DNA of 25,952 nt from the NCBI GenBank assembly GCA_033762295.1, contig JANRLW010000047.1, positions 1-25,952 of the forward strand. Reading direction: 5' to 3'. Shown here in pieces: positions 1 to 9,725 of this stretch. The DNA is from Capsulimonadales bacterium (GTDB lineage: Bacteria > Armatimonadota > Armatimonadia > Armatimonadales > Armatimonadaceae). A program made the translations under genes and the position numbers. Position 1 is the first letter of the stretch, and every line of letters starts with the position of its first letter. Under the pieces are notes generated by a model that had not been told where the DNA came from, ran no database searches, and was given only the letters and a program-made list of their open reading frames with translations.

Positions 1-570
1 GACCATGTCGATCTTTTGCTCGATGACATCGTCGATGGCGACCGCAATCTCCGGGCGGAACGGCGTCACCTCGCGGAAATCATCGTACCAGTAGGCGAAG
101 ACAGGCATTCGGTCGAGGTGCCGGGTATCCGGACACATCAATGGGACGGTGAGCATATAGGTGGCGTCCAGGACCAGTTGCGCGGCGTAGCGGTGGTCCC
201 GGTGATAGTCCTGCGGTCGATTGAACAGCACCAGGTCCGGCCCCTTGCCGGGTTCGCCGAAGGTGCGGATGCACCGGACCATCGCTTCGGTCGTCGGCAG
301 GTCGACATAGACCTCGCCGTCATGGACCTCCAGAGTTCGGTAGTCCGCCCCGATGACGGCGGCGGCGTTCCGGGCTTCGATCAGGCGTCGCGCGGCGAGA
401 CGGGCCGGGTCGGCGCGGTACTCGTCGTCATAGTGTCCCTTATCCCCGTTGGTCACCGAGACAAAGCGAACGAGATCGCCCCGCTGACGGAACCGTCCCG
501 CCGTCCCGCCGACACTGATCTCGTTGTCATCGGGATGCGCGCCGATACACAGGATATGCCGTTGTGCCAT
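1..570 (-). CDS. PIG-L/LmbE family deacetylase (3' end runs off the window)
   Basis: Not in the ORF track; hand translation from ATG at 570 gives MAQRHILCIGAHPDDNEISVGG...FVSVTNGDKG and later DYHRDHR, i.e. the HPDD and HxDH metal-binding motifs. GAGGGG SD-like site upstream. Confidence 0.9.
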   Translation of the reverse strand, partial: MAQRHILCIGAHPDDNEISVGGTAGRFRQRGDLVRFVSVTNGDKGHYDDEYRADPARLAARRLIEARNAAAVIGADYRTLEVHDGEVYVDLPTTEAMVRCIRTFGEPGKGPDLVLFNRPQDYHRDHRYAAQLVLDATYMLTVPLMCPDTRHLDRMPVFAYWYDDFREVTPFRPEIAVAIDDVIEQKIDMV

Positions 571-610
571 GAAACCCCTCCGTTGCAGGTTCATTCGGTG
601 CGGAAACGGG

Positions 611-1381
611 TCAATCCTCCGGGACGACGTTCGTCGAGGAGAGTTCCATGATCCGATGCACTTTCTGACCGTTCGCCAGGGTGGTCCGGTCCTCGGAGCG
701 AACGAACGAGCCCAGTTGCCGGGAGTACCAGTTGACGTACTCCGTGGTGCGGGAGGAATGACGCTGCGTCCCGGTGGTCTTAAAGGTCATGAAGCGACCG
801 GCGGGAACGGTAATCAGTTCGTTGCCGACGACGGTGACCGTCTCCTCCAGAGTGGAGCCGTCGGAAAAGACGGTCGTCCGGCTGCCGTTCTCGCCGACTT
901 CGCCGGTTTTGAGCAGCGAGGTCTGCGGTTGGTCGAACAGGCGGATCGTCCCGGATTCGTTGACTCCGTAGTTTGTGATCACCCGCGTGTTCAGGTCCTG
1001 GCGGAAATAGGTCGCGTTTCCGGACAGCGAGGTGCCGGAGGGACCGGTCAGATGGAAGATCTGGGCCAGCTGACGGTAGGTCTGTCCGTTGATGGTGGCG
1101 GCGTCCAGCAACTGCTGAACCTCACCGGTGACGATCTCCTCCCGGTCGTCGGTCGTCAGGACTGCGTGGAACGTATAGTTCCATTTATCGGTGTCATGGA
1201 GATATCGCTGGCGCGTTCCGATCTGATCGAAGGGGGTTCCCGGACCGGATTTGGGCAGGGAGGTATGGGTGCCGCCGCAACCGGTCAAAAAACCGGTCAA
1301 AAAACCGGTCAGCAGAAAAGCGCGGACGGAAAAGGCGCGGACGGAGACGGAATGGACGGAAGGCCGTCGCGAACAGAGCAT
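611..1381 (-). CDS. Hypothetical lipoprotein (Thr-rich, probably beta-rich)
   Basis: ORF 611..1405; ATG at 1381 follows GGAGG. Lipobox LTG-C followed by GG. C-terminal ITVPAGRFMTFK resembles the 'TVPAGTF' motif common in secreted beta-strand proteins. Confidence 0.75.
   Translation of the reverse strand: MLCSRRPSVHSVSVRAFSVRAFLLTGFLTGFLTGCGGTHTSLPKSGPGTPFDQIGTRQRYLHDTDKWNYTFHAVLTTDDREEIVTGEVQQLLDAATINGQTYRQLAQIFHLTGPSGTSLSGNATYFRQDLNTRVITNYGVNESGTIRLFDQPQTSLLKTGEVGENGSRTTVFSDGSTLEETVTVVGNELITVPAGRFMTFKTTGTQRHSSRTTEYVNWYSRQLGSFVRSEDRTTLANGQKVHRIMELSSTNVVPED
1279..1350. repeat. Short tandem duplications in the lipoprotein signal peptide (12-bp AACCGGTCAAAA unit ~2.7x; 15-bp unit ~2x)
   Basis: Directly visible; encodes SVRAF-SVRAF and LTGF-LTGF-LTGC. 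Confidence 0.8.
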
Positions 1382-1779
1382 TTTGGAATGTCCTCCCGGC
1401 AACAAGGTCGATTACGGTCGATCAAGGTCGGTGTGCAACGATTCGGCGCGCAGGTCACGATTCCACGCCCGGAGAGATAGACCCTGCTTCGACCGTCGGG
1501 ATTCAACCGGCGTTCGCCCCCGACGTCCGGGGAAGGGGGAACGGCACACACCTTGCTAATAAGACCGGCGGAAACGGTCGGAAGATGCGGTTTCTTCCGG
1601 CGGCGGACCTCCGGAACCCGCCTTCCGAGGAAGTTTGCACGGTTTTGCGGAATAAATTCCGTGAGTGTCGAAAAACCTGTCAGTTTTTCTCGTTTCCGTT
1701 CCGTCATTTACCGATATCTATGAGATAGGTTGCTTAAGTCGACTTATTGGACTACGGGAAAAAGCCGATAATAACGATC

Positions 1780-2466
1780 ATGGAAAAACCGATTCGAGTC
1801 GTGGTAGCCGAGGACACGACGCTCGTTCGCCGTCTCCTGGTTTTTCAGCTGGGACGCGAAAGCGATATTCGCGTGGTGGGCGAGGCGGAGAACGGGAAGA
1901 CCGCGGTCGAAATAGTGACGGAGACCCATCCGGATATCGTTATCATGGATCTGGATATGCCGGTTCTGGACGGACTGGCGGCCACGGAACAGATTCGTCG
2001 GGCGGTTCCGAGCGCGCGCGTCATCCTGGTTTCGATGCATCAAAATCTGGCGCAGGCGGGTCGCCTGACCGGCGCCGCCGAATTCCTGCCCAAGGACTGT
2101 ACGCCGGCGGAACTGCTGGCCGTGATTCGACGGCTCGCCGCCTCCGGTTCCGGTCCGGAATCCGGACGGACGGGTGCGCACGACCGGACGCTGTCCCAGA
2201 CGCGACAGATCGCGGATCGGTTTCATCTGACCGATCGCGAGAGCAAAGTGCTGGCGCAACTGGTCGGAACCGAACACACACTGGGACAGATCGCCTATTC
2301 TCTGAGCAAGATGACCGGGGAATCTTTTACCGAAACGTCCGTTAAACGGGCGGCGGAACGGGCCATGAACAAGATCGGCCTTGAAGTCCGAACACGAGCG
2401 GCCCTGGTTCGTTACGTACTGGAAAGCCCGGAGGGCTCCGTCAGTGTCCATAACCGACACAATTGA
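1780..2466 (+). CDS. NarL/FixJ-family DNA-binding response regulator (REC + LuxR-type HTH)
   Basis: IRVVVAED, PDIVIMDLDMPVLDG (phospho-Asp), FLPK; C-terminal LTDRE...IA...KIGLEVRTRAALV. Confidence 0.9.
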   Translation: MEKPIRVVVAEDTTLVRRLLVFQLGRESDIRVVGEAENGKTAVEIVTETHPDIVIMDLDMPVLDGLAATEQIRRAVPSARVILVSMHQNLAQAGRLTGAAEFLPKDCTPAELLAVIRRLAASGSGPESGRTGAHDRTLSQTRQIADRFHLTDRESKVLAQLVGTEHTLGQIAYSLSKMTGESFTETSVKRAAERAMNKIGLEVRTRAALVRYVLESPEGSVSVHNRHN

Positions 2467-5400
2467 ACCGGGACAGGCCGATTCCGCCGAACCGCCGGTT
2501 TCGGAACCGGAGGCCGGAACGGGCCGTCTCGCCTGGCGCGAACCGCACCGCCGGGTGCTGGAGAACGCGTTCGACGCGGCGGCGATTCTCGATGATGACG
2601 GAAGGATCCTCGGGTGGAACGCCCGCGCCGAACGGCTTTTCGGGTGGACGGCGGGGGAGATCCAGGGACATTCGCTGATCGAACGACTGATTCCGCCGGA
2701 GGACCGGGAAAGGGCGAACGAATGGGCCCGGCGTTCGCTCTTCGGCGATCCGCCGCCGGCCCGTCCGCGACGGATTCGGACCGTCGCGATACGCAAGGAT
2801 GGGACCCGTCTCCCGATCCGCCTGACGATCTCCTCCGTGTCCCTGCCCGAGGGAAGAATCCTTTCGCTCTTCCTGCGCGAGAGTTCGCGCGAACCCCGGA
2901 GCGAACGAAAGACGGACGACGACCGGAAACTCGCAACCACCCGGACGGATGTTTCGCCGCGTCCGGCAACGGAGAACATTCCGGTCCTTTTCTTCACGGT
3001 CGATACGAACGGGCGTTTTGTTTTCCTCGATGGCGCGGATCCGAAGACCGCCGGAGGGTTTTCCGACCGGACCGTCCAACCCGACCACCGCGAATCCGCT
3101 GACCTCTTCTGGGAACGGATCATTCGTCGGTATCTCGGCGACGGGGAGCGGCGATATGACATCCGGTACGCCCCCCTGATGACGAGCGAGACCGGAGAGA
3201 TTCTGAGCGTCATCGGGGTCGCCACCGATATGAGCGAGTATCGGGAGGTGGAACGGGCGTTGCGACAGAGTCGGGAACAGTACCGCACTCTGGTCAACGA
3301 TCTGAACGAGGTCGTTTTTCGGGCCAATGCGGACGGCGTCTGGACGTTTCTCAATCCGGTCTGGGAGAGGATCACCGGCTTTTCCGTAGCGGAAAGCCTC
3401 GATACTCCGGTCAACGAGTTTCTGTACGATGAGGAGACGGCGGTCTTCTGTCTCTCCCGGCTGTCAAAAGAGACCCCGCAATTCGAAAGCGAAGTACGCT
3501 GCCGCACCCGGGACGGCGGTTTCCGCTGGGTGGAGGTCCGGGCTACGATGACGTTCGGCGACGATGGGGTGCCGACCGGGGTCACCGGAATCCTGACCGA
3601 CATTACCGAACGCCACCACACCCAGGAGGCGATGGCGCGGCAGGCGCAGGAACTGGCCGACGCGCTCAAGCGCGCCGAGGAGGGGTCGCGCCTGAAGTCG
3701 GAGTTCGTCGCCAACCTCAGTCACGAGATTCGAACCCCGCTCAACGGGGTCATCGGGATGATGGGCCTGTTGCTGGACACCGATCTGACCGCCGAACAGC
3801 GGGAACTCGGACGTATCGTTCGCACCTCCGCCGAGACACTGCAGTCGCTGATCAACGATATTCTCGACCTGTCCAAGATAGAAGCCGGCATGATGATGGT
3901 CGAAACCATGGACTTCGACCTGATGGAGACGGTTCATGACGTGGCCGAGATGATCGCCCCCGCCGCGCAGGTCAAGGGACTGGAGGTCGTCGTCCGGTAC
4001 GAACCGGAAGCGCCGCGTTACGTCCAGGGCGATGCCGGGCGTATCCGTCAGATCCTCCTCAATCTGGCGGGGAACGCCGTGAAGTTTACCGAGAAAGGTT
4101 TTGTCGCCCTGGTGGTGGAGACGACCGATCCGGCGGCGACCGTCTGTCCGCTGACGATCACGGTCGAGGACACGGGGATCGGCATCTCCCCGGAGCATCA
4201 GGCGCGCATCTTTGAGAAGTTTACTCAGGCCGATACCTCGACCACCCGGCAGTTCGGCGGGACCGGTCTCGGGCTGGCGATCAGCCGGCAACTCGCCCGC
4301 CTGATGGGCGGCGATCTGACCGTGCAGAGTATGCCGGGCCGCGGGTCGCGCTTCCGACTGACGGTGGCGCTGCCCGTGACCTATCCGACCGCTCTTCCGA
4401 GCGAACCGGATGCCGGGGAGGAGCTCAAGCCGCTGAAGGACGCCCGGGTCCTGATCGCCGACAACAACCTTGTCAATCGACAGGTGCTCCGGGACTACCT
4501 CACCGCCTGGGGAATGCGAACCGAACTGTTCTCCACGGCCGAGGACGCCATTCACGCCGCCATCATGAGTTTCCATGCGCGTGACCTGTTCTCTCTGGCG
4601 ATCATCGACCGCTCCCTTCCGGACATGAGCGGGGAGAACCTGGCGATGCGCCTGTCCGGCGATTTGCGTATCCCGGTCGTCCTGATGGCCAAAGCGATGT
4701 CGGTCAAGGACAATATCGCCATGCGGATGCGCGAGGTCGGCATCAAGCACTGCCTGTTCAAACCGCTGCGTCAGTCCGATGTCTACGATATATTGGTGCA
4801 CGTGCTGAATGACAGCGCCCGGGCGGAACGCTCCGAACGACGTCCGGCCTACCGGAAAACGCTGCCGACGACCACCGCGCGCGTTCTGGTCGTCGAGGAT
4901 AACGCGATCAACCAGCGGGTCGCCCAGTTGATGCTGGAACCGCACGGGTATCGGGTGGATGTCGTCTCCAGCGGAAACGAAGCCCTGCAGATGATCCGCA
5001 GTCTGCCCTACGACCTGATCCTGATGGACTGCCAGATGCCCGGCATGGACGGGTACGAAACCACACAGCGGATCCGTGACTGGGAGGCGAAGAACCTGCG
5101 CAAGCGGCTGCCGATCATCGCCGTCACCGCGAGCACCCTGCGTGGTGACCGGGAGAAGTGCCTCGCTTCCGGCATGGACAGTTACCTCTCCAAACCGTTG
5201 CGGCATGAGGAACTGCTCCGCTGTCTCGGCCAGTTCCGCGCCGGGATCGAACCCGCCGTCGCCCCCGCTCCGCTTCCCGGCGAGACCGGCGTTCCGGCGA
5301 TGAACGAAAGTGACGGGGACGAGGAGAGCGCGACCGTCATCAACCGATCCGTTCTGGACCAGCGACTCGGAGAAATGTCCGACGAGGATCGCGCCGCGCT

Positions 5401-5689
5401 GCTCGAGATCGCGCTGGACGAGCTTCCCCGCCTGGCCGAACGTCTGCAGACCGCTCTCGCGACCGGAGACCCGGTTGCCGTGCGAAAGGCGACGCACTCT
5501 CTCGGAGGCGCGACCGCCGCCCTCGGCGGAGAGGCGGCCACCCACCTGGCCAAGCGAGTGCTGCGAATCTGCCACTCCCGATCCGACCGCCCCGATCTCT
5601 GGAAGCCGCTCGCCGCTCAACTGGTCGAACGGATCCGCGAACTGGAGCAGGCGCTGCGAAAAACCTGCGGTCGTCCCGACGGTCCCTGA
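2444..5689 (+). CDS. Hybrid sensor histidine kinase (3 PAS, HisKA, HATPase, 2 REC, HPt)
   Basis: H-box FVANLSHEIRTPLNG, N-box QILLNLAGNAVKFT, DTGIG, FTQAD, GGTGLGLAI; REC domains (IIDRSLP, LMDCQMPGMDG); HPt-like ATHSLGG. Probable GTG start at 2444 after GGAGGG, overlapping the regulator's 3' end. No TM segment seen. Confidence 0.95.
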   Translation: MSITDTIEPGQADSAEPPVSEPEAGTGRLAWREPHRRVLENAFDAAAILDDDGRILGWNARAERLFGWTAGEIQGHSLIERLIPPEDRERANEWARRSLFGDPPPARPRRIRTVAIRKDGTRLPIRLTISSVSLPEGRILSLFLRESSREPRSERKTDDDRKLATTRTDVSPRPATENIPVLFFTVDTNGRFVFLDGADPKTAGGFSDRTVQPDHRESADLFWERIIRRYLGDGERRYDIRYAPLMTSETGEILSVIGVATDMSEYREVERALRQSREQYRTLVNDLNEVVFRANADGVWTFLNPVWERITGFSVAESLDTPVNEFLYDEETAVFCLSRLSKETPQFESEVRCRTRDGGFRWVEVRATMTFGDDGVPTGVTGILTDITERHHTQEAMARQAQELADALKRAEEGSRLKSEFVANLSHEIRTPLNGVIGMMGLLLDTDLTAEQRELGRIVRTSAETLQSLINDILDLSKIEAGMMMVETMDFDLMETVHDVAEMIAPAAQVKGLEVVVRYEPEAPRYVQGDAGRIRQILLNLAGNAVKFTEKGFVALVVETTDPAATVCPLTITVEDTGIGISPEHQARIFEKFTQADTSTTRQFGGTGLGLAISRQLARLMGGDLTVQSMPGRGSRFRLTVALPVTYPTALPSEPDAGEELKPLKDARVLIADNNLVNRQVLRDYLTAWGMRTELFSTAEDAIHAAIMSFHARDLFSLAIIDRSLPDMSGENLAMRLSGDLRIPVVLMAKAMSVKDNIAMRMREVGIKHCLFKPLRQSDVYDILVHVLNDSARAERSERRPAYRKTLPTTTARVLVVEDNAINQRVAQLMLEPHGYRVDVVSSGNEALQMIRSLPYDLILMDCQMPGMDGYETTQRIRDWEAKNLRKRLPIIAVTASTLRGDREKCLASGMDSYLSKPLRHEELLRCLGQFRAGIEPAVAPAPLPGETGVPAMNESDGDEESATVINRSVLDQRLGEMSDEDRAALLEIALDELPRLAERLQTALATGDPVAVRKATHSLGGATAALGGEAATHLAKRVLRICHSRSDRPDLWKPLAAQLVERIRELEQALRKTCGRPDGP

Positions 5690-5745
5690 CCCCGCGAAAC
5701 CCCGCGAACGCCGGGGGCGATTTCGGGCGGGGCGCGAAAATCGTC

Positions 5746-5786
5746 GTTGACGGCTGTTGACGGCTGTCGGAAGTAGGGGCTATCCT
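5746..5786 (+). promoter_or_regulatory. Candidate sigma70 promoter with tandem 10-bp direct repeat
   Basis: GTTGACGGCT x2 (5746-5765); TTGACG (5757-5762), 18-nt spacer, TATCCT (5781-5786) upstream of the PhyH gene. Confidence 0.4.
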
Positions 5787-5831
5787 GAAAGAGAGGATCG
5801 TATCCCTGCGATCGAAAGGATGATCAAACCG

Positions 5832-6644
5832 ATGGCGTTCACTTTTTCCCCCGAACAGAAAGAACATTTCCGTACCCGGGGCTGGGTCGCGGTCCCCGAC
5901 TTCTGGAGTCCCGAGGAGATTGCCGCGATGCGCAAGGAACTGGACCGCCTGAAGTCGGTCGGTCTGCTCCGGAACGTGGCGACCGATGGCGACGGCAAAA
6001 CCCATTCGCAGACGAAAGCCAATCTGCAACTGTGCCCGATGGCCCCGCACAGCACGTTCTTTCGCGCGATGCCGTTCGCGCCGAAAGCGATCGAGGCCGT
6101 GCGGGAGTTGATCGGCGACCCGGTTCTGCTGCACCTGGATCAGGTTTTTCTCAAACCGGGGAAACACGGGGCGGGGACGAACTGGCATCAGGACAACGCC
6201 TATTTCCGGATTCCGGACCCGCTGAAAGGAACCGCTCTCTGGACGGCGGTCCACGATGCGACCGTCGCCAACGGTACGATGCGCGTCATATCGGGTGTCT
6301 TTGACCGGGAGTTCGACCACGAGCGCGACCCGGACAGCGACCATCACATCCGCTGCTATCCCGACGAATCGACGGCGGTGACGGTGGAACTGCCGGCCGG
6401 CGGCGCGCTGTTCTTCTGCTACGGAACCCCGCATGCGACCGGCGCGAACACCACCGACGCCGAACGCGCCGGAGTGGCGTTGCATTTCATCAATGCCGAC
6501 CAGGACGGAATCGCCCGGGGCGGGTTTCCGGTCGGGAAACGGCCGATCCTGACCGGACCGGAGACGCAGGGCGGCGCCGAGGTCTACGGCGAACCGATCG
6601 CCGGCACGTGGGAGCAGGAAGTCAAAAAAACGCTGGTTTCCTGA
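5832..6644 (+). CDS. Phytanoyl-CoA dioxygenase (PhyH) family Fe(II)/2-oxoglutarate dioxygenase
   Basis: F.TRGWV start, WHQD (HxD), NGTMRVI, distal H in TPHATGAN and R in ERAG. Start 5832 (alternative 5820). Confidence 0.92.
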   Translation: MAFTFSPEQKEHFRTRGWVAVPDFWSPEEIAAMRKELDRLKSVGLLRNVATDGDGKTHSQTKANLQLCPMAPHSTFFRAMPFAPKAIEAVRELIGDPVLLHLDQVFLKPGKHGAGTNWHQDNAYFRIPDPLKGTALWTAVHDATVANGTMRVISGVFDREFDHERDPDSDHHIRCYPDESTAVTVELPAGGALFFCYGTPHATGANTTDAERAGVALHFINADQDGIARGGFPVGKRPILTGPETQGGAEVYGEPIAGTWEQEVKKTLVS

Positions 6645-6723
6645 ACCGATGTGACGCCGGAGAAGGGAGATCGACCGCCCTTCGGCGAATGTAATTCCGC
6701 CGCTTTCGGGCGGCGGAACGACC

Positions 6724-9054
6724 ATGACGCGTCGCAGGATGATTCAAATGCTGGCCATCTCCACCACGGGCGGGATACCGGGGGAAGCGGTATCTCTGCC
6801 CCCCGATCCCCGCGGTCCGATCGTCACCCCCGGAATGCGCGTGCGCATCCGAAACGGCGCGGAAGCGCCGGGATACCGCTTTACACCCCGCCACCGGTCG
6901 GGACCGTTGCGGGGCCGTTGGATAGGAACCGCCGACGACACCCCCGTGGCCCTTTTCCGGCGCGAATTTCCACTGACGGCCGTGCCGGAGCGCGTTTTCG
7001 CGTATCTGAGCGCGGATGCCACCTACCGTCTGTGGCTGAACGGTCGCCTCGTCTCCCGCGGACCCGCCGATATCGGCATGGACTATCACCGGGTCCCGAC
7101 CGGCAAATGGTTCTATGATGTCCGCGAGCTGACTCCGTTCCTGAAAGAGGGGCGGAACGTACTCGCCGCCGAAGTGTTCGCGGAGCGACTGATCGGGTGG
7201 GAGGGGACACGGGAGCGTGGCGGGTTCCTCTGCGAACTCGAAGGCATACTCGGAACCGACGACTCCTGGCTGGTTCGCCCCGCGACCCACTGGAGCCGGC
7301 GGGACGGGTACTGGGTCTACGACGGCGCGAAGGAACCGACGGGGTGGCGCTCCGGCCGGTTCGATCCCTCCGGCTGGGAGGCGGCCACCCTCCTGCCGGA
7401 TCGCTGGCAGCCGCTGATCGCCAGCGAGGCCCCACCCCGGATGGAGATCGTTTACCCGCCGCTGGGCACGGTGCGTGTGAGCGCGGTCGCGCGCACTCCC
7501 CGGAAGGGCATCTTCCCGGTCGTTCTTCCGACCGACGGCGGTTTCGCGGTCCGGTATGACCGGGTGCTGTCCGCGTTCGTCGGGCTGACCGTGCGCGGCG
7601 GCAAGGGCGGAACGCTGCATATCGAACCGAACGAACCGAACGCCCCCGGATACCATCGGCGCGCCGCCATCGCGCTGTCCGGCGGAACGCAGACGGTCGA
7701 ACTGCCGTTCCTCGATAGCTTCTCCGTGATCAACCTGCGGGCCGAGGGACTCACCGCGCCGCTGGAGATTGTCGATGTCCGCGCCAATTTCGCCTCGATG
7801 CCGGTGGAGTATCGGGGAGAATTCACCTGCGACGATCCGGGACTGAATCGCCTCTGGGAGGTCTGCCGCTGGGTGACGCAGATCTGCCAGCAGACACACC
7901 ACCTGGATTCACCGCACCACCAGGAACCGATCAGCGATCCCGGCGATTATCTGATCATCGCCCTGCTTAACTACTGTGCGTTCTTCCAGCCATGGCTTGT
8001 CCGCCAGGACCTGCGCAAGTACGCCTGGATTATGGAACAGTGCGGGAACCGGGTCTTTCATACCAGCTACTCCCTGCTCTGGCTCCGGATGCTGCTGGAC
8101 TACTACGACCATACCGGCGACGAAGCGCTGGTGCGGGAGCTCGCGCCCTCGGTACGCAGCCTCCTGGAAACGTTCACCGGGTATCGGGGAAAGAACGGTC
8201 TGCTCTGCGAAGCGCCGAACTATATGTTCATGGACTGGGTCGATATCGAAGGTTTTCCGGGGCATCACCCGCCTGCCGTCATCGGGCAGGGCTACCTGAC
8301 GGCCTTCTACTATCGCGCCCTGGCGGACGGTATGCGGGTCGCGCGAATCGTCGGGGATACCGGACGTGAGGCGGAGTACGGTCGGCTGCGCGAGGCGACC
8401 CGAACCGCGTTCGAGCAGGAACTATGGGCCGAGGAAAAGGGACGATACCGGGATGGGAAGCCGTTCCGGTCGTCGGTGAAACCGGGACAGTGGCTGCCGG
8501 AGGATCGGGATATCGAGACGTTCACCGCGCATGTCAATATCCTGGCGGTTCTGTGCGACCTCGCGCCGAAGGAGCGGCAGGCGGCGATCCTGGAGCGGGT
8601 AATTACGGAACCGGGTTTCCACTGCCAGCCCTACTTCATGCATTTCGTTTTCGACGCGCTGGCAAAGGCCGGTCTGTTCGAGCGTTACGCCCGAGCGCAG
8701 ATGGCCCGCTGGCAGATCGTCGACGATACGCAGTCGTTGCGGGAGATGTGGAATACCGGCGACCTCAGCCATGCCTGGGGAGCGACGCCGCTCTACCAGA
8801 TGTCGTCCCGCATACTGGGGGTTCGTCCGGCGACGCCGGGTTACCGGGAGATCGTGATCGAACCGCATCCCTGCGGCCTGACCGAAGCCAGGGGCGTCGT
8901 TCCGACCCCGCACGGCGACGTGCGCGTGGAATGGCGTCGGGAGGGCGAACGGCTGACATTGACCGCCGGGATTCCGAAGGGGTGTACGGCCGAAGTGATT
9001 CTCGGAAAAAGTCGGTCGTTCCTCGGCTCGGGCACCCATGTTGTGGCGGAGTGA
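6724..9054 (+). CDS. GH78 alpha-L-rhamnosidase-like glycoside hydrolase with Tat-type signal
   Basis: MTRRRMIQ twin-Arg; LFRREF...LSADATYRLWLNG N-domain; LNRLW, DW, REMW, LSHAWG, ARGVVPTPHGDVRVEW C-terminal motifs. Confidence 0.85.
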   Translation: MTRRRMIQMLAISTTGGIPGEAVSLPPDPRGPIVTPGMRVRIRNGAEAPGYRFTPRHRSGPLRGRWIGTADDTPVALFRREFPLTAVPERVFAYLSADATYRLWLNGRLVSRGPADIGMDYHRVPTGKWFYDVRELTPFLKEGRNVLAAEVFAERLIGWEGTRERGGFLCELEGILGTDDSWLVRPATHWSRRDGYWVYDGAKEPTGWRSGRFDPSGWEAATLLPDRWQPLIASEAPPRMEIVYPPLGTVRVSAVARTPRKGIFPVVLPTDGGFAVRYDRVLSAFVGLTVRGGKGGTLHIEPNEPNAPGYHRRAAIALSGGTQTVELPFLDSFSVINLRAEGLTAPLEIVDVRANFASMPVEYRGEFTCDDPGLNRLWEVCRWVTQICQQTHHLDSPHHQEPISDPGDYLIIALLNYCAFFQPWLVRQDLRKYAWIMEQCGNRVFHTSYSLLWLRMLLDYYDHTGDEALVRELAPSVRSLLETFTGYRGKNGLLCEAPNYMFMDWVDIEGFPGHHPPAVIGQGYLTAFYYRALADGMRVARIVGDTGREAEYGRLREATRTAFEQELWAEEKGRYRDGKPFRSSVKPGQWLPEDRDIETFTAHVNILAVLCDLAPKERQAAILERVITEPGFHCQPYFMHFVFDALAKAGLFERYARAQMARWQIVDDTQSLREMWNTGDLSHAWGATPLYQMSSRILGVRPATPGYREIVIEPHPCGLTEARGVVPTPHGDVRVEWRREGERLTLTAGIPKGCTAEVILGKSRSFLGSGTHVVAE

Positions 9055-9065
9055 GTCCTGCCGGT

Positions 9066-9725
9066 TCACTCCGATTTTCCGGGAAGGGACCGGAGGAGGG
9101 CGCGGACGGGCGAGCCGTCGGCTTCGGTCAGTTTGAGGGGCAGGGCGATCAGTTCATAGGGTCCGGGCGGGACCGACGACAGGTCCAGCGATTCGAGGAT
9201 ACGGATACCGGCTCGGTTCAGGGCATGATGGAGGGGCAGTTCCCGGCTGTCGATCGCGTCGACCGACGGGAGGTCCAGTCCGAGCAGGATCGCCCCCGCC
9301 TGACCGAGGAAGGCGACCGCCTCCGGAGTCAGTGTCGGTACGGACTCCGGGAAGCGAGTATGGTCGGTCCAGGCGTTCGTCCGTAGCAGAACGCGCGGTG
9401 TCGCAACGAAATCGATGGCGACGAACGCCGACACGTCGATCGGGGTCTGCCCGGTGACATCGACCACAATGGCCGGGCCGAAATACGGGTTCAGGTCGAC
9501 CTCGCCGATCCGCGCCCCATGGGCCTCGAAATGAAAGGGAGCATCGGCATGGGTGCCCGTATGGACGCTCATCGTCACCGCTCCGACGTTGACGGTGTCG
9601 CCGTCCGCCATTTTCCAGCTCAGATGAAATGCAAAGGGCGTATCGCCCGGCCAGACCGCGACGCCTGAGCGCATCGGGATCGTGATGTCGTAGAAGTGCG
9701 GGATCGGCATAACGGGATCGGTCAT
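9066..9725 (-). CDS. kynB: Kynurenine formamidase (arylformamidase, cyclase family)
   Basis: HTGTHADAPFH motif, DLPSVD, ILESL, DGSPVRA; ATGA overlap with the kynU stop at 9722-9725. Confidence 0.9.
   Translation of the reverse strand: MTDPVMPIPHFYDITIPMRSGVAVWPGDTPFAFHLSWKMADGDTVNVGAVTMSVHTGTHADAPFHFEAHGARIGEVDLNPYFGPAIVVDVTGQTPIDVSAFVAIDFVATPRVLLRTNAWTDHTRFPESVPTLTPEAVAFLGQAGAILLGLDLPSVDAIDSRELPLHHALNRAGIRILESLDLSSVPPGPYELIALPLKLTEADGSPVRALLRSLPGKSE

Noticed and set aside
16..1480. Plus-strand ORFs 16-651 and 524-1480
   Set aside because: Antisense to the PIG-L deacetylase and the lipoprotein, which have clear motifs and SD sites.
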